The position numbers were made by a program, and so were the translations under genes. From an uncultured Gammaproteobacteria bacterium (GTDB lineage Bacteria; Patescibacteriota; Microgenomatia; UBA10105; UBA927), in NCBI GenBank assembly GCA_964445435.1, contig CAYUKU010000005.1, positions 6,627-70,626 on the forward strand: a stretch of DNA of 64,000 nt, read 5' to 3'. The notes below the pieces were generated by a model. That model was not told where the DNA came from. It saw only the letters and a list, made by a program, of their open reading frames with translations, and did no database searches. Shown here piece by piece: positions 48,206 through 58,540 of this stretch; positions within the stretch are counted from its first letter, which is position 1, and every line of letters begins with the position of its first letter.

Positions 48206-48289
48206 CATATCTACATTGTTCCATTCCCATAACACCATGTCAAGCTGTTTCAGGTTGTCCGACGTACTTGTATACGATACAATCAGTAA

Positions 48290-49474
48290 ATGAAGTCGCT
48301 TACTGCCAACAGGAATCTTCTTATCATTGCCCTTATCGCCATCGTCAATGCGTTGGGGTACGGCATTATCATTCCTGTTTTATACTCGTATTCGCAGCGG
48401 TTCGGGCTTTCCGATTTTCAGAACGGACTTCTGTTTTCCACGTTTTCGCTTTTTCAATTTTTCTCAACGCCGGTTATCGGGAGGCTCTCTGATATGTACG
48501 GCAGGAAGCCGCTTCTGGTTCTGTCCATTCTCGGTACGGCGGTGTCTTTTTTCCTTATGGCGTTTGCGCCGTCTTCCATATTCCTTTTCCTTGCCCGCGC
48601 GCTTGACGGAATTACGGCCGGCAACATTCCCGTTGCGTCTGCCGTTATCTCAGATACCACCGAACCGAAAGACAGGGCAAAGGGATTTGGGATCATCGGC
48701 GCCTCATTCGGATTCGGATTTGTCTTCGGTCCTGCCATCTCAGCACTCACCCTGGGCTTGGGAGCCAATGTGCCGTTTATTATCGCGGGTCTTGTGGCCC
48801 TGATTGCCGCAGGTGTGACGGCCGCAGCACTTCCTGAGACAAACAAGCACATAGGCCTGGTGAAACACGAGAAACTCTTCGATCTGTCGCATCTTGTTTC
48901 GGCGCTCTTCGATAAAAACATCGGGACGACGCTTCTTGTTTCATTCATATACACGATGGCGTTTGGGTTGGTCATATACGCCTATCAACCTCTTGCCGTA
49001 CGGGTTCTCGGGATGAGCCCCGCCCAGGTATCATTGAACTTCACACTCATCGGTATTGTTGGGCTTCTCTCTCAAGTTCTTATTATCCCGAGGGTTGTTC
49101 GCAGATTCGGAGATACCGGCACGCTTTCGAAGGCTCTTATCCTTGAGACCCTCGTCCTTCTGGGATTTTTCTTTACCCGGTCGATCGGCGTCATGATGGT
49201 GGTGACGGTTTTCCACGCGCTTGCCAATGCGTTTGTCAACCCGCTGATCGGGGCGCTTTTATCCAAAGAAGTCGATGAACACTCTCAGGGCGCCATTCAG
49301 GGGGTGAATGCGGCGTACATGAGCATCGGACTTATCCTGGGGCCTATTGTTGGAGGAACGCTTGCGTCACTTCTGGTGCCGCTTCCGTTTCTGGCAGGAA
49401 GTATCGGTGTATTTGGCTGTGTCTGGCTTGCCCTCCAGATTCAAAAACGTGTCCACGTGCGGGCGACGCTTTAA
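48290..49474 (+). CDS. MFS transporter (TetA/DHA1-like)
   Basis: Motif A GRLSDMYGRKP, ARALDG, GFVFGP; about 12 TMs. Confidence 0.92.
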   Translation: MKSLTANRNLLIIALIAIVNALGYGIIIPVLYSYSQRFGLSDFQNGLLFSTFSLFQFFSTPVIGRLSDMYGRKPLLVLSILGTAVSFFLMAFAPSSIFLFLARALDGITAGNIPVASAVISDTTEPKDRAKGFGIIGASFGFGFVFGPAISALTLGLGANVPFIIAGLVALIAAGVTAAALPETNKHIGLVKHEKLFDLSHLVSALFDKNIGTTLLVSFIYTMAFGLVIYAYQPLAVRVLGMSPAQVSLNFTLIGIVGLLSQVLIIPRVVRRFGDTGTLSKALILETLVLLGFFFTRSIGVMMVVTVFHALANAFVNPLIGALLSKEVDEHSQGAIQGVNAAYMSIGLILGPIVGGTLASLLVPLPFLAGSIGVFGCVWLALQIQKRVHVRATL

Positions 49475-49475
49475 C

Positions 49476-49799
49476 CTACTTTTCCCGGGAGTTTTGGAAG
49501 ACGGCAAGCGCAAGTCCGATAAGAAGCGCCACCACGAGCATATTGGATAGCCCCGCGATGGTGATAATCCCGAAAATTGACAGAAGCCAGAGAATAACCA
49601 GCACAAACGCTACCTGCCTTAGAGGATCAGGAAGCGACTCCATCGCCCAGGCAATCACAAGAAACAGAAGAATCTCCCACAACGTCACGCGGTGACCGAG
49701 GATCGTGAAAAGTACGCGGTTATGGAATATCAGCCAGGGAATCTGCACAAATCCCAGAAGCCAGAGAAGAAGCAGGATGACGAGAATCGTTCCTACCAT
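49476..49799 (-). CDS. small hydrophobic membrane protein
   Basis: About 4 TM segments; TATACT-6 nt-ATG. Confidence 0.7.
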   Translation of the reverse strand: MVGTILVILLLLWLLGFVQIPWLIFHNRVLFTILGHRVTLWEILLFLVIAWAMESLPDPLRQVAFVLVILWLLSIFGIITIAGLSNMLVVALLIGLALAVFQNSREK

Positions 49800-49821
49800 A
49801 CCCCTAGTATACAGGAAAATA

Positions 49822-51354
49822 TTATTGCACGTTTCTCTCAGCGAGTTGTTCGAGGAATTTCATGAGGACGGCGTATAAATCCACGACGGATTGGACATTG
49901 ACTCGCTCTGTCGTTTTGTGCGGATTTTCAATGGTCGGTCCGATGGAGACGGAAATCAAGTGAGGATACAGAAGCGCTATGGTGCCACATTCGAGTCCGG
50001 CGTGGGTACCCGTCAGTTTAAACGGGAGACCGAGAGATTCGTACGTCTCTTTGAGGATATGAATAAGTTCGCTCTCATCGTCTGCGACCCAGCCTTTGAA
50101 GTCATTGGATTGCTCCACTGCGGCGCCGTATTTTTCCCCGATTCGGGCGATTACTTCCCGGATTTGTTCCCGGTGATCTTCGCTGATACTCCGGGACATG
50201 GAGGTGACTTCAATGGCTTCCTCGGTTTGCCGTACGAGCGCCATGTTCGTCGAGGTATCGATGACACCAGGGAATTCTTCGCTCATGTGCCGGACACCAT
50301 GCGGCACATCAGTGAGAAGCTCAAGGAGCGTATGTGCTGATGCGTCTGTGAGCGCCTCGGTATACGTGCCTTGCTCAATTGTTGTAGCTTTCATTGTGAT
50401 GCCGGGTTCGTAATGCATATTTCTGCGGAAGAAAAGCTGCCACTGGTCGATGAATTGTTCAAACGCTTCTTCATATTGCGGGTCGTAGGCGATAATTGCG
50501 CGGGAGCGGGGAGGGATAGCATTTTTGGCGGTGCCACCCTCCACCAATATGAATTTAGCCGAGAGTTCGCCTTGCGCGGTCTTAAGGACGCTTGTCAGGA
50601 GTTTCAGAGCATTTTCGCGGGTCTGTGCGATATCAAGTCCAGAGTGTCCTCCGAGAAGTCCGTCAAGATCGATTTGTGCGACGCGAAGGTTCGGGTCGAG
50701 CGTTTCTTTCTCGATTGCGAGAGTCATCTTCGTATCGCCGCCGCAGGCGCTTGAGATAGCTGCCTCATTTTCCCGTTCCCAGTCAAGATTCACGAGATAC
50801 GTATATTGGGAAAGATCGAATGCGAGCGCTTTGGCGCCGTCCATACTCGTTTCTTCTTGGGTGGTGAAGAGAAATGCCATGTCGCCATGCGGTGCCTCGG
50901 TTTTCATGAGGGTGAGCATGGTTGCAATCGCAATACCGTTATCGGCTCCGAGGGTTGAGTCTATGGACGTCAGCCATTCTCCTGTAGCGTCAAGTCCAGG
51001 AACGACCCCTTCCGTTTCCGGATGTGTGAGCGCCTTTTTGCCGGCGTCACACACCATGTCCATATGCCCTTGAAAGACTATGCCCGGCAGGTGGTCATAG
51101 CCTTCGGTTGCCCTGACGCGCACAAGGAGATTGCCGATGTCATCATGTTCTACGGCGAAACCTTCGGCCAGAGCTTTCTCGGAGATATACTCCGCCATGA
51201 ATTCTTCCTGCTCGCTTTTTCGGGGGATGGGGCATACGCCCAGGATAAATTCGCGGAATATCGCCTCCGCTTCGGGCGGTAATTCTTTGCGCTCGGCAAG
51301 CTCGGCAAACGTTCGCTCCCGAATTTCAGTTGCGCTTGGTGCTCCCGTGTTCAT
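49822..51354 (-). CDS. pepD: aminoacyl-histidine dipeptidase (M20)
   Basis: QGHMDMV, TLGADNG, TQEE, NLD.E, GGHSG, HAGLECG; start corrected. Confidence 0.92.
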   Translation of the reverse strand: MNTGAPSATEIRERTFAELAERKELPPEAEAIFREFILGVCPIPRKSEQEEFMAEYISEKALAEGFAVEHDDIGNLLVRVRATEGYDHLPGIVFQGHMDMVCDAGKKALTHPETEGVVPGLDATGEWLTSIDSTLGADNGIAIATMLTLMKTEAPHGDMAFLFTTQEETSMDGAKALAFDLSQYTYLVNLDWERENEAAISSACGGDTKMTLAIEKETLDPNLRVAQIDLDGLLGGHSGLDIAQTRENALKLLTSVLKTAQGELSAKFILVEGGTAKNAIPPRSRAIIAYDPQYEEAFEQFIDQWQLFFRRNMHYEPGITMKATTIEQGTYTEALTDASAHTLLELLTDVPHGVRHMSEEFPGVIDTSTNMALVRQTEEAIEVTSMSRSISEDHREQIREVIARIGEKYGAAVEQSNDFKGWVADDESELIHILKETYESLGLPFKLTGTHAGLECGTIALLYPHLISVSIGPTIENPHKTTERVNVQSVVDLYAVLMKFLEQLAERNVQ

Positions 51355-51436
51355 AGGGTACGAAAAAGCCGCTTTCCGGCGGCAGTTGAGAAGGAGTATA
51401 CGGCGGAAAGCAGGTGCTGTCAACGAAGGAGAACGG

Positions 51437-52687
51437 TTAGTTGTCAGGCAAAAGTGAAGCAAGGGAAAAATCCGGTCGTACCCACTCTGGGGGTGGGGCA
51501 ATTTCAACTCGACGCAGTTGGTTAGCCACGCGGTGAACGAATTCATAAATAAGTTCGCCGTTTCTAGCACCGTGGCGGAACGCTTCGGCTACAACCGCTG
51601 CATGATCGACATCTGCACTTCCGCTTCCGACGATGTCCGTGGGAAGGGCAATAAGAAGGAGCGGGAAATCCGGTTCGAAGTAATGATCGTCTCCGTTTAC
51701 GTGATGTCTTGCGATAGTCTGCCTGATAACATCCGCTTCGAATGACAGGCCCATATCGTAGAAAAGCGATGTGACGAGGAGAGATTCAAACATTTCTTTC
51801 GCCTGCGCATCCAAGTGATGGGCTACGTGCGAGAAAGCTGCCAGCGCAAATCCGCGGTCAAGTTCTCCCTGATATGAGGTAGTGCCGACGGTTCCCAGTG
51901 CTGCGGCGGGTCCGACCCTGATGTCCCTATTTGACGCAAGCTTAAAGAAAAGTTTTGCAAGGGAGCCGTCGGAGGCACGGCCCAATTTGGGCTGGAATCG
52001 TTCGCCGATAAGTGGATCCAGAAGATTTCTGGGTCCCGCTCCAGCGCTCAGGCCGGCTCTTCCACCGGCTGCTTCAGTATGATCGATGACGATACCAAGA
52101 TCGCCGGGTCTGAGCGGTGATTCTTCATCAACGCCGATCAAGTATGTGCATACAATCGCGCACTCCTGGCCTCGCTCCCGCTGCCGTCGCGCGAGTTCTT
52201 TTATGACATTAAACGGCCTGGCATAATTGAGTTCCGCAAATGCCTGGCCGATACCGGAGTACGGGTGCGCACGACCGAAGAACAGAAGCGCGCTTTGCTT
52301 TTCATCGATGGGAAGCGATTTAGCCTGCCCCGCATGGCCACCTATGTCCGCCGGCTGGAAATAAGGGAGTGGTCCTTTTTTGTCTCCATATGTCCCCAAG
52401 TAGACTGCATCCTCCGGTCCGTCAAAGCCCGCAGTATAGTACACAAACACAGTCGGCAGGGGGATGCCAAGTCGATTGTGTTCTTCTTCTATCATGTCTG
52501 CCTGAGTTTTGATGAGAAACAGTTCCTGGACTTGAGCGGCCTGCGAGAGTTCCCAGAGGTTCCTTGCATCCAGTTCAGGCGCTATACGATGGAGAAATTC
52601 AGGACGCAGAGGATTGCCGTCTTCTTCTTTGCGCCCGGTAACGGCAGCAGTAAATGCTGCTGATGGAATAAGTGTTTCCTCTGGCAT
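51437..52687 (-). CDS. divergent purine nucleoside phosphorylase-like protein
   Basis: GRAHPYSG, L.PGDL....DH, DMGLSFE, TD...DH..V follow the order of trimeric PNP/MTAP motifs. Confidence 0.55.
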   Translation of the reverse strand: MPEETLIPSAAFTAAVTGRKEEDGNPLRPEFLHRIAPELDARNLWELSQAAQVQELFLIKTQADMIEEEHNRLGIPLPTVFVYYTAGFDGPEDAVYLGTYGDKKGPLPYFQPADIGGHAGQAKSLPIDEKQSALLFFGRAHPYSGIGQAFAELNYARPFNVIKELARRQRERGQECAIVCTYLIGVDEESPLRPGDLGIVIDHTEAAGGRAGLSAGAGPRNLLDPLIGERFQPKLGRASDGSLAKLFFKLASNRDIRVGPAAALGTVGTTSYQGELDRGFALAAFSHVAHHLDAQAKEMFESLLVTSLFYDMGLSFEADVIRQTIARHHVNGDDHYFEPDFPLLLIALPTDIVGSGSADVDHAAVVAEAFRHGARNGELIYEFVHRVANQLRRVEIAPPPEWVRPDFSLASLLPDN

Positions 52688-52854
52688 CGTTGTGGTAGAG
52701 CAGGCCACTGGCATCCTACGCCAACGTTATCAATCAAGTCAAGGGCCTGCTTGACAGGGTGATGGTCCTGTGCCAGAATCCGCTCAGTATTCATTCTGCC
52801 CCATAGTTTTTATGGCATCAGAACAGGTTATAGAAGCGTTAGGTTCGCGACCGG

Positions 52855-54546
52855 ATGGCGCTAAATACGTTGATGCGTGGGGCCGAAAACCTCAAGCGAT
52901 TCGATGCCGTTGAGAGAGACTCCATTGCCGGCCTTCTGGAAGTAGACAGGATTACGAACGAAATATTTGCCCAGGACGCTGCGTTTGGAGCCCTGCGTGA
53001 TACGCTTGGAGAAACTGACGAGATGCACGCTCTCGTTGTTCGCGCGGTGACGACGCATAATTTCCCTTCCCAGTCGGAGTACGAAGATAAGTACGACACG
53101 CTTCTTCTTGCTTCGCATGTGAAGGAACAGTTAAGCCGCGCATATATAAGCCGTCTTGTGGAAACCGGCGCAACGTTTGGGCTGGAAGAGTGGGAGCGCG
53201 ATGTGCTCGTGACCGCCTGCCAGGTTGGCGGTTTCTACGACGAGCTGTGTGACAGGTGGCGCCGCGACGTCCAGAAAAATCCCCTCAATGAACAGGCCAA
53301 AGAGCTCGGATTCACCAATCCGTATACCGTTATACTGAATCGCGTAGTCGGTGGGCCCGAAGAAGTTCCATGGTCGAAGGCATATCCTCAAGAGATTGAA
53401 AAAATTACGGATCAATGGATGCTCCTTATTGAGAGGCTTCTGGAAGGGGAGCCTTCAGGGGAGCAGCGTGCCATGGCGAACTTTCTTCGGACGTATGTCA
53501 CGGCGCTGGGAAGTACCGACGAGGCAAATCTTCCCGAGCTTTGGCGTGAAGTTGATAGAAGTTGGATGAAAGTCACGGGTCGCGTGCAACCCATCCCTTC
53601 CCGCGAATTTGATTATTACGACAAAAACAAGCTTCGCGTATTTCCCGATTTCCGATTGGCTATCCTGGTCGACGATTCGTTGACACAGGCGTGCCGTCCG
53701 ACGCAAGCTGCACAGGTGAAATACCTGTCGCGTCTTTTCCGCCAGTCAAGGGTATTCCAGCAGACGCTTGATGGCATGTCACGCGTCCAGTTATTGCCGA
53801 ATATGTATGACATCGTCTTTTCGGGATCCCTTGATTTCCAACCGGCCGGACAGTCGCTCCCCAATGAGCAAAAAGTCCGTGACCAGGAGGGGACGAAAGT
53901 ATTTCTCAATGAGAGCGCGATGAAAAGCAGGTGGGCCGTCGCGCTTGAGGCGGCAGCCAAAACATTTGGAGAGGATATGCCGCTTTTTGAACGAGTCGAC
54001 GTGCGGTTTGACGGACTTGTCATTATGACGGCAGGGCATGAATACGGTGAGCCGCTGTTTAATGCAGAGTGGGTGACGGAAGCTCTGGGATCGGAGACGG
54101 TTGCCATGCTCAATGAGGATCTGGCGACACAAACGATCACGGCAATTCTTCCCATGTGGGAGAATGATACGAGCGATATTTCGAGACGCGATTTGCAAAT
54201 GCACGCGATGTATCTTCTCGGAAATTACCTTCGTTACATTGCCCTGGCTCGGGGATCAGAACACCTGCGCCCGTACTATGAGGGCATGGGGCTCTTGGGA
54301 CTGCGGCGTATGATAGAGTCTGGGTTTATCTTCCAGGATGCGAGAAAGAATTGGCACGTCGACATGAGTAAGTTGGACGAGTTCTATGAGGCATCGCTTC
54401 GTGATCTGCAAACGCAGGTTGAGATCGCGGAAAACGGCGATCAGATGCTTGCGACCCGATACCTTGCGCCCGCCGAATACATGGAGAAGCTTCCCGCGAT
54501 TGCCGATCTGATAGCAAAAATTTCCGCCAAACCCGCAACTGTCTGA
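52855..54546 (+). CDS. CiaB / peptidase M49 (DPP III)-like protein with a degenerate zinc motif
   Basis: W.EVD..WM, GQSLPNEQ.VR...G.KVF, GHEYGE, NEDLAT. Confidence 0.55.
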   Translation: MALNTLMRGAENLKRFDAVERDSIAGLLEVDRITNEIFAQDAAFGALRDTLGETDEMHALVVRAVTTHNFPSQSEYEDKYDTLLLASHVKEQLSRAYISRLVETGATFGLEEWERDVLVTACQVGGFYDELCDRWRRDVQKNPLNEQAKELGFTNPYTVILNRVVGGPEEVPWSKAYPQEIEKITDQWMLLIERLLEGEPSGEQRAMANFLRTYVTALGSTDEANLPELWREVDRSWMKVTGRVQPIPSREFDYYDKNKLRVFPDFRLAILVDDSLTQACRPTQAAQVKYLSRLFRQSRVFQQTLDGMSRVQLLPNMYDIVFSGSLDFQPAGQSLPNEQKVRDQEGTKVFLNESAMKSRWAVALEAAAKTFGEDMPLFERVDVRFDGLVIMTAGHEYGEPLFNAEWVTEALGSETVAMLNEDLATQTITAILPMWENDTSDISRRDLQMHAMYLLGNYLRYIALARGSEHLRPYYEGMGLLGLRRMIESGFIFQDARKNWHVDMSKLDEFYEASLRDLQTQVEIAENGDQMLATRYLAPAEYMEKLPAIADLIAKISAKPATV

Positions 54547-54557
54547 TACAATAATTC

Positions 54558-55478
54558 GTGATGCGTCACCTCACCTACGACTGGGACCTGTCTGCTAGAG
54601 AAATTCTTTCGCTTTTCCGTGCCGCAGCCGATCTGAAAGCCAAGCAAAAAAAAGGAATGTTCCCGACACTTCTTCAGGGTAAATCGCTTGCGATGATTTT
54701 CGCCAAACCCTCCACGCGTACCCGCGTGAGTTTCGAAGTCGGCATGACCCAGTTGGGCGGACATGCGCTATACCTTGGCCCGAATGATCTTCAGCTTTCC
54801 CGCGGGGAGACGATCGCCGATACCGCGCGCGTACTGTCGCGGTATGTTGACGGCATCATGGCCCGCGTGTTTGCCCAGAGCGATATAGAGGACCTTGCTG
54901 CACATTCGACAGTGCCCGTTATCAACGGATTGTCAGATGCCTATCATCCCTGCCAGGGACTGACTGACATGTTTACCATCTGGGAAAGGAAAAAGTCCCT
55001 TAAGGGCGTGCGAATCGCGTTTGTGGGCGACGGGGACAACAACGTCACCAATTCACTTCTTCTTTTATCCGCGCGGCTCGGTATCCCAATGACGGTTTCC
55101 TCACCCAAACAATATCAGGTGAGCAGTGCGGTTCTTGCTAGGGCACGAAAAGAAGCACGGAAAACCGGCGCGGACATATCGCTTGTTTCTGATCCCCGAG
55201 AAGCGGTTGACGGCGCCAATGTCGTGGTAACGGATGTGTGGGTGAGCATGGGAAGGTCAGATGCCAACAAGCGGAAAAAAGCACTTTCTCCCTATCAACT
55301 TAATGGAAAACTTCTTTCGTATGCCGCACGTGATGCCGTCGTCATGCATTGCCTTCCCGCTCACAGGGGAGAAGAGATTACCGATGGGGTCATAGACGGC
55401 CCGCAGTCGCTCGTATGGGAAGAAGCGGAAAACAGACTCCATGTCCAAAAAGCTCTCCTCGTAAAGCTCCTCGGCTAG
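54558..55478 (+). CDS. argF: ornithine carbamoyltransferase
   Basis: STRTR, HPCQ, DVWVSMG, HCLP. Confidence 0.95.
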   Translation: MMRHLTYDWDLSAREILSLFRAAADLKAKQKKGMFPTLLQGKSLAMIFAKPSTRTRVSFEVGMTQLGGHALYLGPNDLQLSRGETIADTARVLSRYVDGIMARVFAQSDIEDLAAHSTVPVINGLSDAYHPCQGLTDMFTIWERKKSLKGVRIAFVGDGDNNVTNSLLLLSARLGIPMTVSSPKQYQVSSAVLARARKEARKTGADISLVSDPREAVDGANVVVTDVWVSMGRSDANKRKKALSPYQLNGKLLSYAARDAVVMHCLPAHRGEEITDGVIDGPQSLVWEEAENRLHVQKALLVKLLG

Positions 55479-55542
55479 TATTTCCCATAACTTGACGGTG
55501 AGATAGATTACCGATATGCTGAACCCCTAAGGAGGTAGCTTT

Positions 55543-55908
55543 ATGTTATCGTTCAATTCACTTCTTCTTTTCTCTGAGAATCCCAAGAAGCTCGGCGAGT
55601 TTTATGAGAAAGTGTTTAACGTAGATGCATCGTGGGAGGATGGGGACTGGGTGGGATTTCAGGTAGGGAGTGGTTTTGTTTCCATCGGTTCCCATAGCGA
55701 GGTCAAGGGAAAAAACAAGAACCCCGCGCGCATGATGTTTAATCTGGAAACCGAGAACGTGCAGGAAGAATTCGACCGCATAAAAGGCTACGGCACCAAA
55801 GTGGTGGCAGAACCGTATCATCCTAACGAAGCTCCTGATATGCTGGTTGCCACGTTTGAGGATCCGGACGGCAACTATTTCCAGCTCATGAGCCCCATGA
55901 CTGTTTAG
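55543..55908 (+). CDS. VOC/glyoxalase family protein
   Basis: FYEKVF, FEDPDGNYFQL; AAGGAGG RBS. Confidence 0.88.
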   Translation: MLSFNSLLLFSENPKKLGEFYEKVFNVDASWEDGDWVGFQVGSGFVSIGSHSEVKGKNKNPARMMFNLETENVQEEFDRIKGYGTKVVAEPYHPNEAPDMLVATFEDPDGNYFQLMSPMTV

Positions 55909-55963
55909 TGTACAATGAGCCGTAGTCGGAGCTCATCCACACCAGGTGTGTAAACATAGTCAG

Positions 55964-56077
55964 TCGGCCGAAGAAGCGTTTTTGGAAAAGCACTATAAAT
56001 CCATGCCCCGCACCATGCTTCGCTACGCCATCGAGAAGTTTTCTCCCGAAAAAAGAGCTTTCTACTTAAAGAAATAG
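55964..56077 (+). pseudogene. 3' remnant of a DNA alkylation repair protein (AlkD-like)
   Basis: Translates SAEEAFLEKHYKSMPRTMLRYAIEKFSPEKRAFYLKK*, the typical AlkD C terminus; the 5' part is absent. Confidence 0.7.
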
Positions 56078-56116
56078 CCTTCCAGGTCGCAGGCCCCGCA
56101 CTGCTATAATACACAA

Positions 56117-57076
56117 ATGAATATCTGGCAGAAGCTTCCCAAACCCATACTTGCGCTTGCCCCCATGGAGGACGTGACGGACACCGTCTTTCGACGCATC
56201 GTGGCCTCCTGCGCCCGGCCGGACATATTTTTCACGGAATTTACGAACGTTGATGGACTCGTATCCCAGGGTCGTGACGCGATTATTCATCGCCTCCGGT
56301 TTACTGATGAGGAACGGCCCATTATCGCTCAGCTTTGGGGTATGAAGCCGGATAACTACCGGACTGTTGCTTCGCAATTAGTTGATATGGGATTTGACGG
56401 CATTGACATAAATATGGGTTGTCCGGAACGTTCAGTTGTAGGTCACGGTGCATGTGCAGCGCTCATAAACACGCCAGACCTTGCAAGTGAGATTATAAAG
56501 GCAGTAAAGGAAGGAGCAGCAGGGAAGATTCCGGTAAGCGTAAAGACCAGAATCGGATACAAAAACATCTCAAATGAATGGATACCATTTTTACTCGAAC
56601 AACACTTAGATGCACTTACCGTACATGGGCGCACTGCCGCGGAAATGTCGAAATTTCCGGTTCACTGGGACGAGATTGCCCGGGCAGTTACGCTTCGAAA
56701 CGCGAAGAAGGTGGGCACCTTGATTCTTGGGAACGGAGACGTGAAAAGTGCTGAAGAGTCACTGGCGAAAATACAGACGTACGGACTGGACGGCATGATG
56801 ATGGGGCGAGCGGTTTTTGACGATCTGTACGCATTTGCGCGCGGACAAAAGCCGGTACGTACGGTTTTTTCGTATTTGACCATCATGAGAAGGCACGTTG
56901 AACTGTTTGAAGAAACATGGGGTGACACGAAAAACTATGCCATCCTTCGGAAGTTTTTTAAGATTTACGTCAGGGGCTTTGAGGGCGCGGGAGAGTGGCG
57001 AGAGCGCGTGATGGCGACCCGATCGCCCAGTGAGGTCTATCCGCTTATAGATGAGATGATGCGGATGGTACAATAA
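56117..57076 (+). CDS. tRNA-dihydrouridine synthase
   Basis: LAPMEDVTD, DINMGCP, SVKTRIG, VHGRT, GNGDV. Confidence 0.93.
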   Translation: MNIWQKLPKPILALAPMEDVTDTVFRRIVASCARPDIFFTEFTNVDGLVSQGRDAIIHRLRFTDEERPIIAQLWGMKPDNYRTVASQLVDMGFDGIDINMGCPERSVVGHGACAALINTPDLASEIIKAVKEGAAGKIPVSVKTRIGYKNISNEWIPFLLEQHLDALTVHGRTAAEMSKFPVHWDEIARAVTLRNAKKVGTLILGNGDVKSAEESLAKIQTYGLDGMMMGRAVFDDLYAFARGQKPVRTVFSYLTIMRRHVELFEETWGDTKNYAILRKFFKIYVRGFEGAGEWRERVMATRSPSEVYPLIDEMMRMVQ

Positions 57077-57080
57077 AAAA

Positions 57081-57695
57081 ATGGACAGGATGTATCTGTG
57101 GGTTATCAAGCATCGCAATCCGCTCGTTTCCGCGCTTGTCGTTATCAACTGCCTTCTTGCCGTTCTTTGGTATTTCGCGTTTCAGGCAATCGTCCTGGGA
57201 GTCGGCGATGCGTCGTGGTTTTTCCTAAACGGTAAGACATTCGGGCAGACTGCGCTCGTTTTGTACGTCCTCACAACCATTCCCGGGATAGCCAGGCGCT
57301 TCGGGAAATTCTATAAACCGGTATCGATTCTCATGATTTTCCGCCGGTATATCGGCATTATGACCTTCATGTTTGTTTTTATTCACGCGTCTATCGTACG
57401 CTTCTTCTGGGTTCTCAAGGGCAAGATGGGAATAATCCCGACGGAATTTTTCCAACTCTTTGGGTTTATCGCATTTGTTCTGCTTCTGTCTCTTTTCGTC
57501 ACGTCCAACGATTGGAGCGTGAAGAGGTTGGGGAAGTGGTGGGAATGGATTCATAACCTTACTTACATTGTCGTGTGGCTTATATTTCTCCATGTTGCTC
57601 TTCAGCGCCTGAGTATCTGGTCTGTCCTCGTTGGTGTTGCGTCGGCGGCTCAGGTTGCATCACATCTCTACGCCAGGAGAAAGGGCGTGAAATGA
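57081..57695 (+). CDS. ferric reductase-like heme membrane protein (MsrQ-like)
   Basis: RRYIGI..F.....H, L..TSND...KRLG..W..IH.L.Y......H. Confidence 0.8.
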   Translation: MDRMYLWVIKHRNPLVSALVVINCLLAVLWYFAFQAIVLGVGDASWFFLNGKTFGQTALVLYVLTTIPGIARRFGKFYKPVSILMIFRRYIGIMTFMFVFIHASIVRFFWVLKGKMGIIPTEFFQLFGFIAFVLLLSLFVTSNDWSVKRLGKWWEWIHNLTYIVVWLIFLHVALQRLSIWSVLVGVASAAQVASHLYARRKGVK

Positions 57696-58540
57696 ATTGG
57701 CTCTCGTACTCGGTTATCGCACTGGTAACTTTCAGCGGATACGACCTTCTGAGCCGCAGACTCGGTGTCGAAAGCAAGAACCCGCGCGCATTCGGGGCAG
57801 TCTATTATTTCGTCGCGGCGTTCCTTTGTCCGCTTCTGCTTTTTGCAGAACCGCTCGTAACACCTTCACTTTCCGGAGTCACGCTTGTTTTGACAGCATT
57901 AGGACTTTTTGCGTGGATACTGTTTGGCCGAATCGAGTATATGACGCACAAATACGTCGAGGCATCGACGTTAACCATCCTTCTTCGGCTCGGGCCGATT
58001 ATCACATTCGCATTGTCAGCACTTTTTTTAGCGGAAGCGGTGACTGTGCCGAAGCTTATCGGCCTTCTTCTTACGGTTTTCGCGAGCATTCTCGTTATCG
58101 GCGTCCCCTCGGTTTCTTTGTTTAGGAAAAATAAGGACTTGCGGTATGGCGTACTTCTGGCGGGTATTTTGGGTGTCGCGTGGACATTCGACAAGGTGCT
58201 TTCTCCGATTTACGGTGTTGTTGTGTTTGGCTTCCTCACGTTTTTCGTGCCGGCACTCGCCAATACATTCGTGCCGCCGCTTCCTCTGGCTGCGATGCGC
58301 AGTGAACTGCAGCATGCCTCGTGGAAGTTAATTGTCTTGGGACTTCTCAATATCATCGGGTACGGCGCCATGACGAAAGCACTCATTATAGGAGACGCCA
58401 CAAACGTCATACCAATCGCAACCTCCACGCCGCCGCTGGTTGTCTTGGGAGGCGTCTTGTTTCTGGGCGAGCGAACAGACGTGGGGAAGAAAATACTTGC
58501 GGTACTTCTCGTTCTTGTTGCTATCTACCTGATGCGTTAA
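57692..58540 (+). CDS. EamA/DMT-family transporter
   Basis: Two 5-TM repeats ending FLAE / FLGE; start corrected. Confidence 0.88.
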   Translation: MNWLSYSVIALVTFSGYDLLSRRLGVESKNPRAFGAVYYFVAAFLCPLLLFAEPLVTPSLSGVTLVLTALGLFAWILFGRIEYMTHKYVEASTLTILLRLGPIITFALSALFLAEAVTVPKLIGLLLTVFASILVIGVPSVSLFRKNKDLRYGVLLAGILGVAWTFDKVLSPIYGVVVFGFLTFFVPALANTFVPPLPLAAMRSELQHASWKLIVLGLLNIIGYGAMTKALIIGDATNVIPIATSTPPLVVLGGVLFLGERTDVGKKILAVLLVLVAIYLMR

